63,478 nt of DNA from a virus, in IMG/VR virus record IMGVR_UViG_3300049811_000165, positions 1 through 63,478 of that record. One strand, 5' to 3'. The notes under the pieces were generated by a model. The model saw nothing but the letters and a program-made list of their open reading frames with translations, did no database searches and was not told the origin of the DNA. Each line of letters opens with the position of its first letter. Positions within the stretch are counted from its first letter, which is position 1. The position numbers and the translations under genes are program-made. Below are positions 55,422 through 63,478 of the stretch, in pieces.

Positions 55422-57139
55422 GATGCCTCCATCTGTGCTTTGAGGGTCGCCACTTCTCGGGCGAGGTTGAGGACAGTGACCAGGGCAGCCTTGCCGTAGT
55501 CGACTGACAGCATGCCGCCCTCGTCCTCCTGGACGGCGAGCGGGATGATCTGGCGCAGCGCCTGCGCGCGCACGCCGACCTGACGCAGCCCGGTGTCGGT
55601 GCGGGTGAACTCCTCCGCTTGCAGCCAAGCCATCTGGTCGAGCGACAGGTAGGCCGGCGCGAAGTTGGCCTTCAGCCGCTCGTCCGAGTAGGCGGTGACG
55701 TTGCCGGTGGCGGTGAAGTTTCCGTTCCCGTCCCACTGGAGCAGCCAGTTGCTATCGGCCTTGCTGTAGATGCCGCCATAGCCGTCGCTGGAGCGCGCCA
55801 TCAGGGTGTTGCAGAAGGCGTTGGACGAGTCGTAGAAAGACAGGCCAGACCAGCCGTTTTTGCTGCCCTTGAAGGACGCCGCGCCGTAGGTCGACACAGA
55901 CCCGGAGGTCGCGATGTCCCCCGTCATGTCCACCCCGATCCACGCCGACCAGGGGTTGCCGAGGATCTGGAGCCGCCCGGTCGATCGCCTAAAAACCAGG
56001 GAGCAGGCGTTTGCGCCCGCGTTGTGGAACCCAAGAGCCGTGTCTCCGGCCGTGGAGTACAGCTCGATGTTCGCGTTCGAGTAGTCGCTCGGGTTGTCCA
56101 GCCGAGCGCGGAGGCTCTTGTAGGTCGCGATCTTCGTCTTCCCGACCTCGAACAAGTCTCCAGCCGAGCTGTGATATAGGCGCGCGACATCCCCGTCGCT
56201 GGTAAGCCAGGAGAAGTCCTGGCCGTCGGCATCTCGCGACGCGAACGTGAATCCAGCCCCGGGGCCAACCGAGCGCACTAGGCCGTCGCTCTGGATGGTG
56301 ACGCGCTCCCGCATCGTCGGAACCGTGCCTGCGGTGCCGGAAGCGGCGTTGTAGAATAGCCATGACCCATCTCCGCCGAGCTGGAGGTAGGCCGCGCCAC
56401 TCGTCTTGCCGTAGACCCAGTTCGCGCCGTTCCACCACAGGTTCGCGGTGAGAATGATTTGCTGGGTGGTGTTCGATGACAGCAGGCCGTTGCCCGCGCT
56501 GCCCACCTCAAACGATCCGTAGCTCGACGAGGTTTCGGATGGACTGAAGGAGCCAAGTGCGGCCTTGCGCTGGATGACGGTGAGTCCGGGGGTTGACGAA
56601 GCATCCCACCAGTCCGACCCAAACCCAACGCGCCACAGCGTGACAGATTCGTTGCCGCCAAGCCACCCCGCTCCGCCGAGGCGGGCGGCGTCGGACTCCT
56701 TCATCGCTAGGAAGCCGCGAGCCCAGCCGCCCGTCGCCGCGTTCGGGAAGACGGAGACGCCCAGGCCAGGGTAGATCCTCATCTTGGTTTGTCCGGCTCC
56801 ACCGCTGCCTACTGTGACGTATTCGCCACCAGCGTTGTACTGGAACCCGACGTGGCCGCCAAAGTTCCCTCCGCCAGCGTTGAACTGGACGTAGTCGAGC
56901 GAGCCCCCTGGGGGCGTGGGCGTGACGTTGCCCGTGATGTTGAGCGGATCCCAGACGGCGCCGGTCCACTTCTCGAAGCGGTTGTTCGCCGCGATGTAGC
57001 GGATCGCGTTGACCGGCGGGGACACGAGCGTGTCGCCCTCGAACATGCGGGCCTGCGAGTTGATCGCGTCGCGCAGGTACGCGAGCACGTCGGCGCGCAG
57101 GTCCGAGGTGACGGGCTTGGTGAAGTAGACGGTGGCCAT
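55418..57139 (-). CDS. Tail fibre 2 with a C-terminal S74 intramolecular chaperone domain
   Basis: 573 aa. The N-terminal about 70 aa are homologous to those of 57664..58536 (P.VTS..R..VL...RD.I......M..G.TL...PVNAIRY...N.RFEKW.G..W). The C-terminus is YSDERLKANFAPA...VGVRAQALRQIIP. Confidence 0.75.
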   Translation of the reverse strand: MATVYFTKPVTSDLRADVLAYLRDAINSQARMFEGDTLVSPPVNAIRYIAANNRFEKWTGAVWDPLNITGNVTPTPPGGSLDYVQFNAGGGNFGGHVGFQYNAGGEYVTVGSGGAGQTKMRIYPGLGVSVFPNAATGGWARGFLAMKESDAARLGGAGWLGGNESVTLWRVGFGSDWWDASSTPGLTVIQRKAALGSFSPSETSSSYGSFEVGSAGNGLLSSNTTQQIILTANLWWNGANWVYGKTSGAAYLQLGGDGSWLFYNAASGTAGTVPTMRERVTIQSDGLVRSVGPGAGFTFASRDADGQDFSWLTSDGDVARLYHSSAGDLFEVGKTKIATYKSLRARLDNPSDYSNANIELYSTAGDTALGFHNAGANACSLVFRRSTGRLQILGNPWSAWIGVDMTGDIATSGSVSTYGAASFKGSKNGWSGLSFYDSSNAFCNTLMARSSDGYGGIYSKADSNWLLQWDGNGNFTATGNVTAYSDERLKANFAPAYLSLDQMAWLQAEEFTRTDTGLRQVGVRAQALRQIIPLAVQEDEGGMLSVDYGKAALVTVLNLAREVATLKAQMEAS

Positions 57140-57660
57140 TACTGGACCTCCGCCTCAAGCGTCACGGTGCAGGTCGACAGGATGTTCGAGCCGCCCGAGT
57201 CCGACGCAATCTGGATCGTGAGCTGGCACGAGGAGACACCCGACGAGGTCTGGGTGAGCACCCAGGCGCGCGCCGAGCTGAGCTGATGCCAGGATCCGAG
57301 CGCCGGCCCGCTGGGGCTCGTGCCGGAGTTGAGCGTGGCGCGGACCCAGTAGTTCGCGCCCTCGCCGGACGTAGTCGGGGATCCCCACGCGGAGGTCGTG
57401 GTCCCGCCATTGACGCGGATCATCGTGATCACGCCATCGGTCTCGAAGCGGATCGTGGCCACCGCATTCGGACTCAGGGTTGCGGCGAGCACGGTCAGGG
57501 TCGATGGCATGCTCACGGTGAAGCCCGAGAACACCTTCCTCCAGGCCCCGCCGTCGTGGACGTGGACCTCCTTGGCCTTGCGATCGGCGACCCCGTCGTT
57601 GGCCCAGAACTCCTTGGCCTTGCGGTCGGCGACCCCGTCGTTGGCGTTCAGCTCGGGCAT
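57139..57660 (-). CDS. Fibre-associated protein (173 aa) with an N-terminal 14-aa tandem repeat
   Basis: Track ORF with NDGVADRKAKE duplicated. The C-terminal beta domain contains ANYWVRATLNSGTSPSG. Confidence 0.5.
   Translation of the reverse strand: MPELNANDGVADRKAKEFWANDGVADRKAKEVHVHDGGAWRKVFSGFTVSMPSTLTVLAATLSPNAVATIRFETDGVITMIRVNGGTTTSAWGSPTTSGEGANYWVRATLNSGTSPSGPALGSWHQLSSARAWVLTQTSSGVSSCQLTIQIASDSGGSNILSTCTVTLEAEVQ
57568..57645. repeat. 42-bp tandem direct repeat (two copies, one mismatch in the 36-bp core)
   Basis: CTCCTTGGCCTTGCG(A/G)TCGGCGACCCCGTCGTTGGC occurs at 57568-57603 and 57610-57645. It is in-frame and encodes the duplicated ANDGVADRKAKE. Confidence 0.85.
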
Positions 57661-57663
57661 GGG

Positions 57664-58536
57664 TCACCAGATCACGCAGATGTCGCCCTGCGACCCGGCC
57701 GGCGGCGTGCCGCCGTTCTGGATGCGCAGGCGGCCGAAGCCATAGCCGCCGCCGTCGTAGGCGTACAGGCGCGCGCCATCGGCGAGCAGGTGCTTCGACC
57801 CGTAGGTGCGGACGAAGGTCGAGTCGGTCATGTAGATGCCGCCGCCGTGCGTGTTGTTGTACCAGCCCTGAGACCCGTTCGTGCGGAACCACTCGCTCGA
57901 CGTGACCGCGCCCGAGGACGTGAATGACGGCGCCGTGAGGCCGCCAGACATCGTGTCGCCAGCCTTGTTGACGGGCGAGAAGCCGAGCGCGTCCTGCTTG
58001 GTCGCTGGGTTGAAGTTGCCGGAGTTCCACGCGGTCGAGGAGTCCTGCTTCGTCGAGGGATTGAAGTTGCCGTTGTGCCACACCGTGCGGTTGACCGTGG
58101 CCTCGCGGAAGATCAGGTCGGTGGTCGACACGAAGATGCCGCCCTGCCCGACAGCGGGGTCCGTGGTGCCGACGGCGAGCGCGCGCGCGGCCGTGGCGGA
58201 GGTGCCCAGCTTGGTCGACGGGTCGAAGTTGCCCGCGTGCCAGACCGCGCCACCGCCGACGGTCAGGCTGGAGAACGAGCCCGAGGTGCCGATGAGGTTG
58301 CCGGTGAGCGTGCCGCCCGAGAGCTTGAGGAAGCTCAGCGACAGCTCCGTCCAGGCCGAGCCGTTCCACTTCTCGAACCGGGTGTTGCCCGACGAGTAGC
58401 GGATCGCGTTGACCGGGGTGTTCGACAGCGTCTCGCCATCGAGCATGCGCGACAGCGCGATGACGTGGTCGCGGATAGTCGTCAGAACCGCGTCGCGCGT
58501 CTGAGAGGTGACCGGGTTGTTGAAGTTGAGCGCCAT
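57664..58536 (-). CDS. Tail fibre 1
   Basis: 290 aa. It shares its N-terminal adaptor region with 55418..57139. It has repeated GNFNPSTK/GNFNPATK/GNFDPSTK units. The C-terminus WFRTNGSQGWYNNTHGGGIYMTDSTFVRTYGSK is as in many fibre/shufflon-type tips. Confidence 0.7.
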   Translation of the reverse strand: MALNFNNPVTSQTRDAVLTTIRDHVIALSRMLDGETLSNTPVNAIRYSSGNTRFEKWNGSAWTELSLSFLKLSGGTLTGNLIGTSGSFSSLTVGGGAVWHAGNFDPSTKLGTSATAARALAVGTTDPAVGQGGIFVSTTDLIFREATVNRTVWHNGNFNPSTKQDSSTAWNSGNFNPATKQDALGFSPVNKAGDTMSGGLTAPSFTSSGAVTSSEWFRTNGSQGWYNNTHGGGIYMTDSTFVRTYGSKHLLADGARLYAYDGGGYGFGRLRIQNGGTPPAGSQGDICVIW

Positions 58537-60825
58537 CTAGACTCCTCGCGCCATCCAGCTCAGGTCCACGTTCGATCCCGGCTCGCCGCCGGAATCGGTG
58601 AAGAGCTTGACCTTGAACCGCATGGGGTTCGCCGCATCGACGAAGTCGACCACCGGGATGATAGGCGTGGTCGCCTTGGGTTGGACGATCGGAGGGCCAA
58701 GCAGGTCGACGAAGAAGGTCTCGCCGAACTTGTAGGTCGCGCCCGAGCCGCCCGCCGTGGTTACACGCGACAGCGTCACGCCGCCGGACGGGGTGTTGAC
58801 GGCGGTCACCACCGTGCCGGCCGGGATCCCCGTGCCCTCGACGGTCTGCCCGACCACGATCCCCGCCAGCGAGCTGAGCGAGGTGATGGTGTTCTGCCCC
58901 AGGGTGTTGTCCCCGGTGGCCGTCACCTGCGCATTGTCGACGGTCAGCAGGAACTCGGTGCCACCCGAGGCGTTGGACCCAGTGGTCCAGGTGCCCTGGC
59001 GGCCGAGCATCTTCTGCTTGACGTTGAGCTTGACGTTGAGCGCGGAGACCCGGTAGATGCCCTTCTGGTCGCCGCCGTTGGTGGCCGTGAGGCGCACCTT
59101 GACGTAGCGGAAGGAGGCCGCGATGAAGCCGCTGGGGCCGAGCGGCAGGTCGGTCCACGAGTCGCCGGCCAGCAGCTTGTAGCTCACCTGCACCGTGTAG
59201 GCCGGGGAGCCCGCAGCGACCAGGATGGTCGGATTGACGATCACCCCGGTGGCCGGGATGGTCGCGTTGTAGTCGATCTGCACCTCCAGGTAGCCACTGG
59301 CCGGGGTCGGCTGGGCGTAGACCGGGAAGCCCGCCGCGATCGCGTCGTCGTCGTTGGTCCAGCTCCGCGAGGTGTAGTGCGAGTCCCACGACTCGGCCGT
59401 GTTGAAGGGCAGGTCGATGCCCGTGCCATCGAACACCGCGCTCGACAGCGTCGCGGACGAGAGGTCGACGTTCAGGTCGGAGTAGAGGATGTAGTCGGGC
59501 GGCTGCGAGACCTTCGTGGTGATCGGGGTCTCGACCCCGAAGTTGCTCGCCGTGTCCTTGGCGCGCACCCAGTACGTGTAGGTGCCGCTGATCTGCTCGA
59601 AGAACGAGGTGAACAGGCCCGCCTTCTCGCCGACCTTGGTGGCCGTGCCGAAGTCGGCGCCGCGCCAGATTTCGTAGGTGATCACCGGCAGCGTGCCGGC
59701 GGTGGGCTCGTCCCAGTAGAGCAGCACGTTGTTGTCGACCACCTCGGCGCGCAATCCCTGCACGACGCCGGGCTCGACCACCACCACGTCGGTCGAGATC
59801 GGGTCGGCGGTGTTGCCCGCCACGTCGACGGCCGCCACCCAGTACCGCTGCGTGCCTTCCCAGTCGACCTTCTTGAAGAAGGTGGTGGTGAAGGCGCGAT
59901 CGATCACCGTGGCCGTGTCCCAGGCGGAGCCCAGGCGCAGCTCGAAGTAGTCGATCGAGAAGGTGCCCGGCGTGGTGCTCCACGACAGGTTGAACGAGTC
60001 GCCCAGGATCGAGGCGCTGAGCGCGGTCTGCGCGGGGCGCGCCACGACGATGTCGACCGACGTGGCCGAGCCCGAGTAGAACCCGCTGATGTCCTTGCCG
60101 CGCAGCCACAGGCGATAGGTGCCGGCGGTCTGGACCTTCCACAGGTACGACAGGCCCTTGGTCTCCTCGATGCGAACGCCCCCGTCCCAGGTCGCGCCAA
60201 GGCGGATCTCGTAGACCGACAGGTCGGAGTCGAGCACCGGATTCCAGCGCAGGCGCACGCCGAAACCCTCGAACTCGTAGGTCAGGCCGCCCACGTCACC
60301 CGGCTGGGAGTTGTCGCCCGTGCCCGAGATCGCATTGAAGCCGCCCGGGATCCCGGCCAGGGACACGTGGCGGATCCAGTAGAACCAGCTCGCGCCGTCC
60401 TGGAACACGTCCTCGTAGATGTTGACCGGCCACTCGGCGATCTTGGTTGCGGTCGAGAGGTTGTTGGTGTTCGAGCGCCACACCTCGGTGTGCTTGTGGT
60501 AGCCGTAGCCCGGCTCGGGCCAGCCGAGCAGCATCTTGTAGGGCTGGCGCGTCACCACGAGCGTGCCCGGCGCGGGCGGCGCGGCGTTGATGGCCGCTCC
60601 CGGATTGTCGCCCGCCACGTAGCGCGAGCCGTCCGGCGCCTTGGTGATCACGCCGGCATCGACCAGATCGCGGAACGTCACCGCCACGTCGAGCGCGGAC
60701 TCGGCGGTGGTTGGCGTGTCGTTGGCCAGGACGCCGAGCGCGAGCTTGACCTGCTTGGCCCAGTTGCGGACGCCGGCCGGGCTCGTGTCGACGAGGTCCG
60801 GGAGGTTGGGCTGGCGCGTGGTCAT
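58537..60825 (-). CDS. Tail protein with tandem fibronectin-III-like repeats (gpJ-like central region)
   Basis: 762 aa. It has at least four repeats of the type L.W..P......Y.EIR.G..W..A......T....W......Y.YWV.A.D..GN. Confidence 0.6.
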   Translation of the reverse strand: MTTRQPNLPDLVDTSPAGVRNWAKQVKLALGVLANDTPTTAESALDVAVTFRDLVDAGVITKAPDGSRYVAGDNPGAAINAAPPAPGTLVVTRQPYKMLLGWPEPGYGYHKHTEVWRSNTNNLSTATKIAEWPVNIYEDVFQDGASWFYWIRHVSLAGIPGGFNAISGTGDNSQPGDVGGLTYEFEGFGVRLRWNPVLDSDLSVYEIRLGATWDGGVRIEETKGLSYLWKVQTAGTYRLWLRGKDISGFYSGSATSVDIVVARPAQTALSASILGDSFNLSWSTTPGTFSIDYFELRLGSAWDTATVIDRAFTTTFFKKVDWEGTQRYWVAAVDVAGNTADPISTDVVVVEPGVVQGLRAEVVDNNVLLYWDEPTAGTLPVITYEIWRGADFGTATKVGEKAGLFTSFFEQISGTYTYWVRAKDTASNFGVETPITTKVSQPPDYILYSDLNVDLSSATLSSAVFDGTGIDLPFNTAESWDSHYTSRSWTNDDDAIAAGFPVYAQPTPASGYLEVQIDYNATIPATGVIVNPTILVAAGSPAYTVQVSYKLLAGDSWTDLPLGPSGFIAASFRYVKVRLTATNGGDQKGIYRVSALNVKLNVKQKMLGRQGTWTTGSNASGGTEFLLTVDNAQVTATGDNTLGQNTITSLSSLAGIVVGQTVEGTGIPAGTVVTAVNTPSGGVTLSRVTTAGGSGATYKFGETFFVDLLGPPIVQPKATTPIIPVVDFVDAANPMRFKVKLFTDSGGEPGSNVDLSWMARGV

Positions 60826-62483
60826 GACTGCCGCAGCTCTTCAGGAGACTGCGCCAGGAACACGCCTGTGACCTCCTTGGCCCCCTCCATCCGCACCTCC
60901 CACTCGTCGGACACGAAGCCCGAGGGGAGGCGGAAGGGGCGCTGGCTGGTCACCGCCTCGGTGTGGCGCAGCACCATCTGGTTGTGGGTGCCCGATGCCG
61001 GGTCGATGTCGCGCGCGTAGACCTTGAGCGTCACGGGGAAGCCATTCGCCTCGACCTTCGCCCAGCCGAAGTTGCGCGCGCTGCCGATCTCCATGCGGTG
61101 TGAGGTCCAGGTGTAGCTCAGGGTGGCGGCGTTGTCGTCGAACTGGCGGATCTCGGAGCCCACCGCGAGGAAGAGGCCGTCGCGCACCACGTCGGTGTAG
61201 CCGGCCGTGGCCGTGAGCGTGGTGAGCGCGAAGGGCGCCAGCTCGTCGGTCGGGTCGAAGATGAAGCTGCCCGGCGTGCCGTTGTCGTAGAAGCCGACGT
61301 AGCGGCCCTCGTACTGGTAGGCGTGGATCGAGGACGGGTTGAGCGAGGTCCAGAAGTCCTTGTCGATGAAGTTGCGCGTGACCACGTCGGTCATGCCCGG
61401 CCCCACGCGCACGAGCCCGTCGGGGCTGGCGTACATGACGGCGTCGCCCATCTCGACGATCGACCGCTTCGAGACGCACGCCTGCATCAGCTCGATCTTC
61501 TTGACCGAGATCGCGTTCGGGTCGACGCCGAACATCAGGTAGGGCTGGCCGCGCGTGAGCACCACCAGCGACTCGCCGAACACGCCGAGCCCGACGATCG
61601 GGTAGTCGACCACCTGCTTGTACTTCGAGGGCCATGCGTACTGCTTGTAGGGCTCGCAGAAGAACACGTTGATCCCGTCGAACCCGGCCGTCATGCCGTT
61701 GGGCAGGTTGACCAGCCCCTTGAGCGCGGCCGGCGGAACCTCGTAGTCGATGCTGTTCAGGGTCTCGCCCAGGTTCTTGTTCAGGATCGAGTCGACGTAG
61801 GTCGTGGTCCCGTCCACCACCTCGGCGACGAACTGGTAGTCGGTCCCGCTGGCCGCTCCGGTGAGCGTGCGATAGATCCGCTTGCGGGTGATGTTGTAGC
61901 CCCCAGGAGCCGCCAGGAGGCCCGTGAGCGTGATGGATTGGCCGTCCTGGATGGTCACCTCCAGCGGCAGGCTTGGCTGCCCCACGTCGCCGCCAGCGGT
62001 CACGTAGACGTAGACGTAGGCCCGGGTCTCGTTCGTGCCCGAGCCGACGCCCGAGATACCCCCGTTGGTGGGGGCGGCGGCCGGCGCCGGCACGCCCAGG
62101 CGGTACGAGGCGATCGGGTAGTTGGTCCCGCCGCCGGTCAGCGCCAGGGTGGCGTCGGTCCAGCGCGGGTGGCCGAAGGCCGAGTCGCCCGTGAAGAAGG
62201 TCCGCTCGCTCGTGTCGCTGGCGATCTGGCCGCGCACCACGTCCACGTCGTCGGTCCAGGTGAACCAGTACAGGCTCTCGTCGTTGACCGTCTCGCCGAA
62301 GCGGTAGATGGTCTGCTTCGTGCCGGCCTTGGTGGGCGTCCACACGAAGGAGGTCTGCCTGAGCGGGGCGAGCGTGGCGGACTTGAGGTCGCAGTTGACC
62401 GCCGCCTGGGCGCCGTGGTCCGGCAGCCGGCGGGGATCCAGTCGCGGCATGATTCCGCCGAACACCTTGATGGCGAGCAGCAT
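60822..62483 (-). CDS. Tail tube/nozzle-type structural protein (putative)
   Basis: Start moved to the ATG at 62483 (TGATG overlap). It is 553 aa and lies between the adaptor-like genes and the FN3 tail protein. The first 137 aa of the track ORF are Arg/Gly-rich and look off-frame. Confidence 0.45.
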   Translation of the reverse strand: MLLAIKVFGGIMPRLDPRRLPDHGAQAAVNCDLKSATLAPLRQTSFVWTPTKAGTKQTIYRFGETVNDESLYWFTWTDDVDVVRGQIASDTSERTFFTGDSAFGHPRWTDATLALTGGGTNYPIASYRLGVPAPAAAPTNGGISGVGSGTNETRAYVYVYVTAGGDVGQPSLPLEVTIQDGQSITLTGLLAAPGGYNITRKRIYRTLTGAASGTDYQFVAEVVDGTTTYVDSILNKNLGETLNSIDYEVPPAALKGLVNLPNGMTAGFDGINVFFCEPYKQYAWPSKYKQVVDYPIVGLGVFGESLVVLTRGQPYLMFGVDPNAISVKKIELMQACVSKRSIVEMGDAVMYASPDGLVRVGPGMTDVVTRNFIDKDFWTSLNPSSIHAYQYEGRYVGFYDNGTPGSFIFDPTDELAPFALTTLTATAGYTDVVRDGLFLAVGSEIRQFDDNAATLSYTWTSHRMEIGSARNFGWAKVEANGFPVTLKVYARDIDPASGTHNQMVLRHTEAVTSQRPFRLPSGFVSDEWEVRMEGAKEVTGVFLAQSPEELRQS

Positions 62484-63118
62484 CAGAACCCCCTGGGGGT
62501 GACGCGCAGTCGGGCGCCTCCAGGCATCCCCGCGCGCGTGGCGCCCGCATCGACCGCGCCGGAGTAGATCGCAGCGTAGGCGCCGGCCAGGGCCTGATCG
62601 GTCCACGGCTTCTTCGGCATGGCCAGCAGCCGGCTCTTGGCGCCGTAGGCGATCTCCTTCGAGTAGAGCCCGAAGACCGTGTCGGGGATCGAGGCCACCG
62701 CGTCGCTGTAGGCGTAGATCACGCGGATCGAGACCTTGTCGGTCTGGGCCGTGGCGGGACTGGGCGAGAGCCAGAGCGAGTCCAGCGACTCGACCACCGC
62801 GAACTCGGGCGTGCCCAGGCGGGTGTTCCAGTCGGGCCAGTCCTGCGACAGCTCCTCGGCCGACTTGATGGGCAGGGCCTTGCCCTCGAACCACACCCCC
62901 AGCACGCGGGTGGCGATCTCGTTCGTTCCTAGCGAGCCGTTGATCGAGATCGGCGTGGCGCCGCCCGGGTGGTCGATGTTGGCCACCGTCTTGCGCAGCA
63001 GGCCGGTGCGCAGCATGAAGTCGAGCGCGGCCGACTTGATGGCGCGCTCCACCAGCGCCACGCTCGCGCCCGGCACCTCGGGCATCACGTCGTCAAGGAA
63101 CTGGGACCACGTGGCCAT
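62483..63118 (-). CDS. Virion structural protein, putative adaptor/gatekeeper
   Basis: 211 aa. The call rests on position (after the capsid module, before the tail genes) and the start-stop overlaps. Confidence 0.4.
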   Translation of the reverse strand: MATWSQFLDDVMPEVPGASVALVERAIKSAALDFMLRTGLLRKTVANIDHPGGATPISINGSLGTNEIATRVLGVWFEGKALPIKSAEELSQDWPDWNTRLGTPEFAVVESLDSLWLSPSPATAQTDKVSIRVIYAYSDAVASIPDTVFGLYSKEIAYGAKSRLLAMPKKPWTDQALAGAYAAIYSGAVDAGATRAGMPGGARLRVTPRGF

Positions 63119-63444
63119 CAGAGGGCTCCGGTGAAGAGTTGGGCGAAGGCGACCGCGCGCTGCTGCATGGCGTCCTCGTCGTCACGGAACTCCGCCCGCC
63201 CCGTGACGTAGTCGCACAGGGCGGGGAAGTAGGTGTCGTCGATCGGGATCGGGTCCGCCAGCACGTACTCGCCGGCCGGCGCCGTCCACGAGCCCCCGAT
63301 GAACAGGTCCGGCCGCAGCTTGCGCACGGTCAGGACCGCGTCGTTCGCGTAGCCCAGGAGCTGCGGGTCCGGGTAGCGGACCTTGGAGGCGTCGTTGAGC
63401 GGGATCCGCGCGCGGTCGACGACGTTCTGGAAGGTGCGAGCCAT
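63118..63444 (-). CDS. Putative head-tail connector/adaptor protein
   Basis: 108 aa. Sequence: RIPLNDASKVRYPDPQLLGYANDAVLTVRKLRPDLF..., a connector-like pattern. Its 5' end lies in the terminal repeat and is duplicated at 1..93. Confidence 0.45.
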   Translation of the reverse strand: MARTFQNVVDRARIPLNDASKVRYPDPQLLGYANDAVLTVRKLRPDLFIGGSWTAPAGEYVLADPIPIDDTYFPALCDYVTGRAEFRDDEDAMQQRAVAFAQLFTGAL

Positions 63445-63478
63445 CGCTTAGGCGAGCAGCTTCTCGACCAGGGTCTCG
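63352..63478. repeat. Terminal direct repeat, copy 2 (identical to 1..127)
   Basis: It is identical to positions 1-127. It also contains a duplicate of the 3' end of gene 97..453 (63448-63478). Confidence 0.95.

Noticed and set aside
1-63478. A CRISPR array, integrase/attachment site, transposase or IS element, toxin-antitoxin pair, or retron/DGR.
   Set aside because: I saw no spaced direct-repeat arrays. I saw no recombinase, reverse-transcriptase or transposase motifs in any supported ORF. The only repeats found are the terminal overlap, the 18-bp regulatory motif and short in-frame tandem duplications.

Overview
The window is one complete, circularly closed dsDNA phage genome. Its first 127 nt are identical to its last 127 nt, giving a unit length of 63,351 bp. 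By eye it is about two-thirds GC. Genes are tightly packed, with frequent ATGA/GTGA/TGATG start-stop overlaps and GGAGG-type Shine-Dalgarno sites.

I support about 96 protein genes and one tRNA (Trp, CCA). They fall into four transcription blocks:
- A very long minus-strand late block runs from 21042 down through the window junction to 41033. It holds an HslV-like Ntn hydrolase, TerS, a split TerL, an 18-gene small-ORF block, portal, tail-appendage genes, scaffold, an accessory island, an N4-gp56-type major capsid protein, adaptor/tail/fibre genes, ejection proteins and a 3,438-aa polyvalent virion protein.
- A plus-strand block of 22 small early genes spans 21507-26995.
- A minus-strand replication/lysis block spans 35247-26968. 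It holds an SF2 helicase, a Toprim primase, a YbcO-like nuclease, a holin-like protein, an M15 endolysin, nucleotide-metabolism proteins and a metallophosphoesterase.
- A plus-strand recombination block spans 35831-41038. It holds a Cro-like HTH protein, VRR-NUC, ERF, a YqaJ exonuclease, MazG and SSB.

I recognised no integrase, CI-type repressor, DNA polymerase, RNA polymerase, CRISPR array or transposase, so a lytic podovirus-like phage with N4/T7-like structural synteny is the best reading.

Most interesting observations:
- An accessory island sits inside the capsid module: a CsrA-fold protein, an Acb2-like cyclic-oligonucleotide sponge and tRNA-Trp.
- TerL is split exactly at the ATPase/nuclease boundary by a cassette of a PD-(D/E)xK-like ORF plus an HNH endonuclease. 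A paralogous HNH lies on the other side of the ATPase half.
- A proteasome/HslV-like Ntn hydrolase is the first late gene and is coupled to TerS.
- An 18-bp motif (ATTCCAC-N3-GTGAAACG) occurs five times, only in the two divergent control regions.
- The giant polyvalent protein sits where N4 carries its virion RNA polymerase.

All functional calls come from motif recognition by eye. No database search was run.
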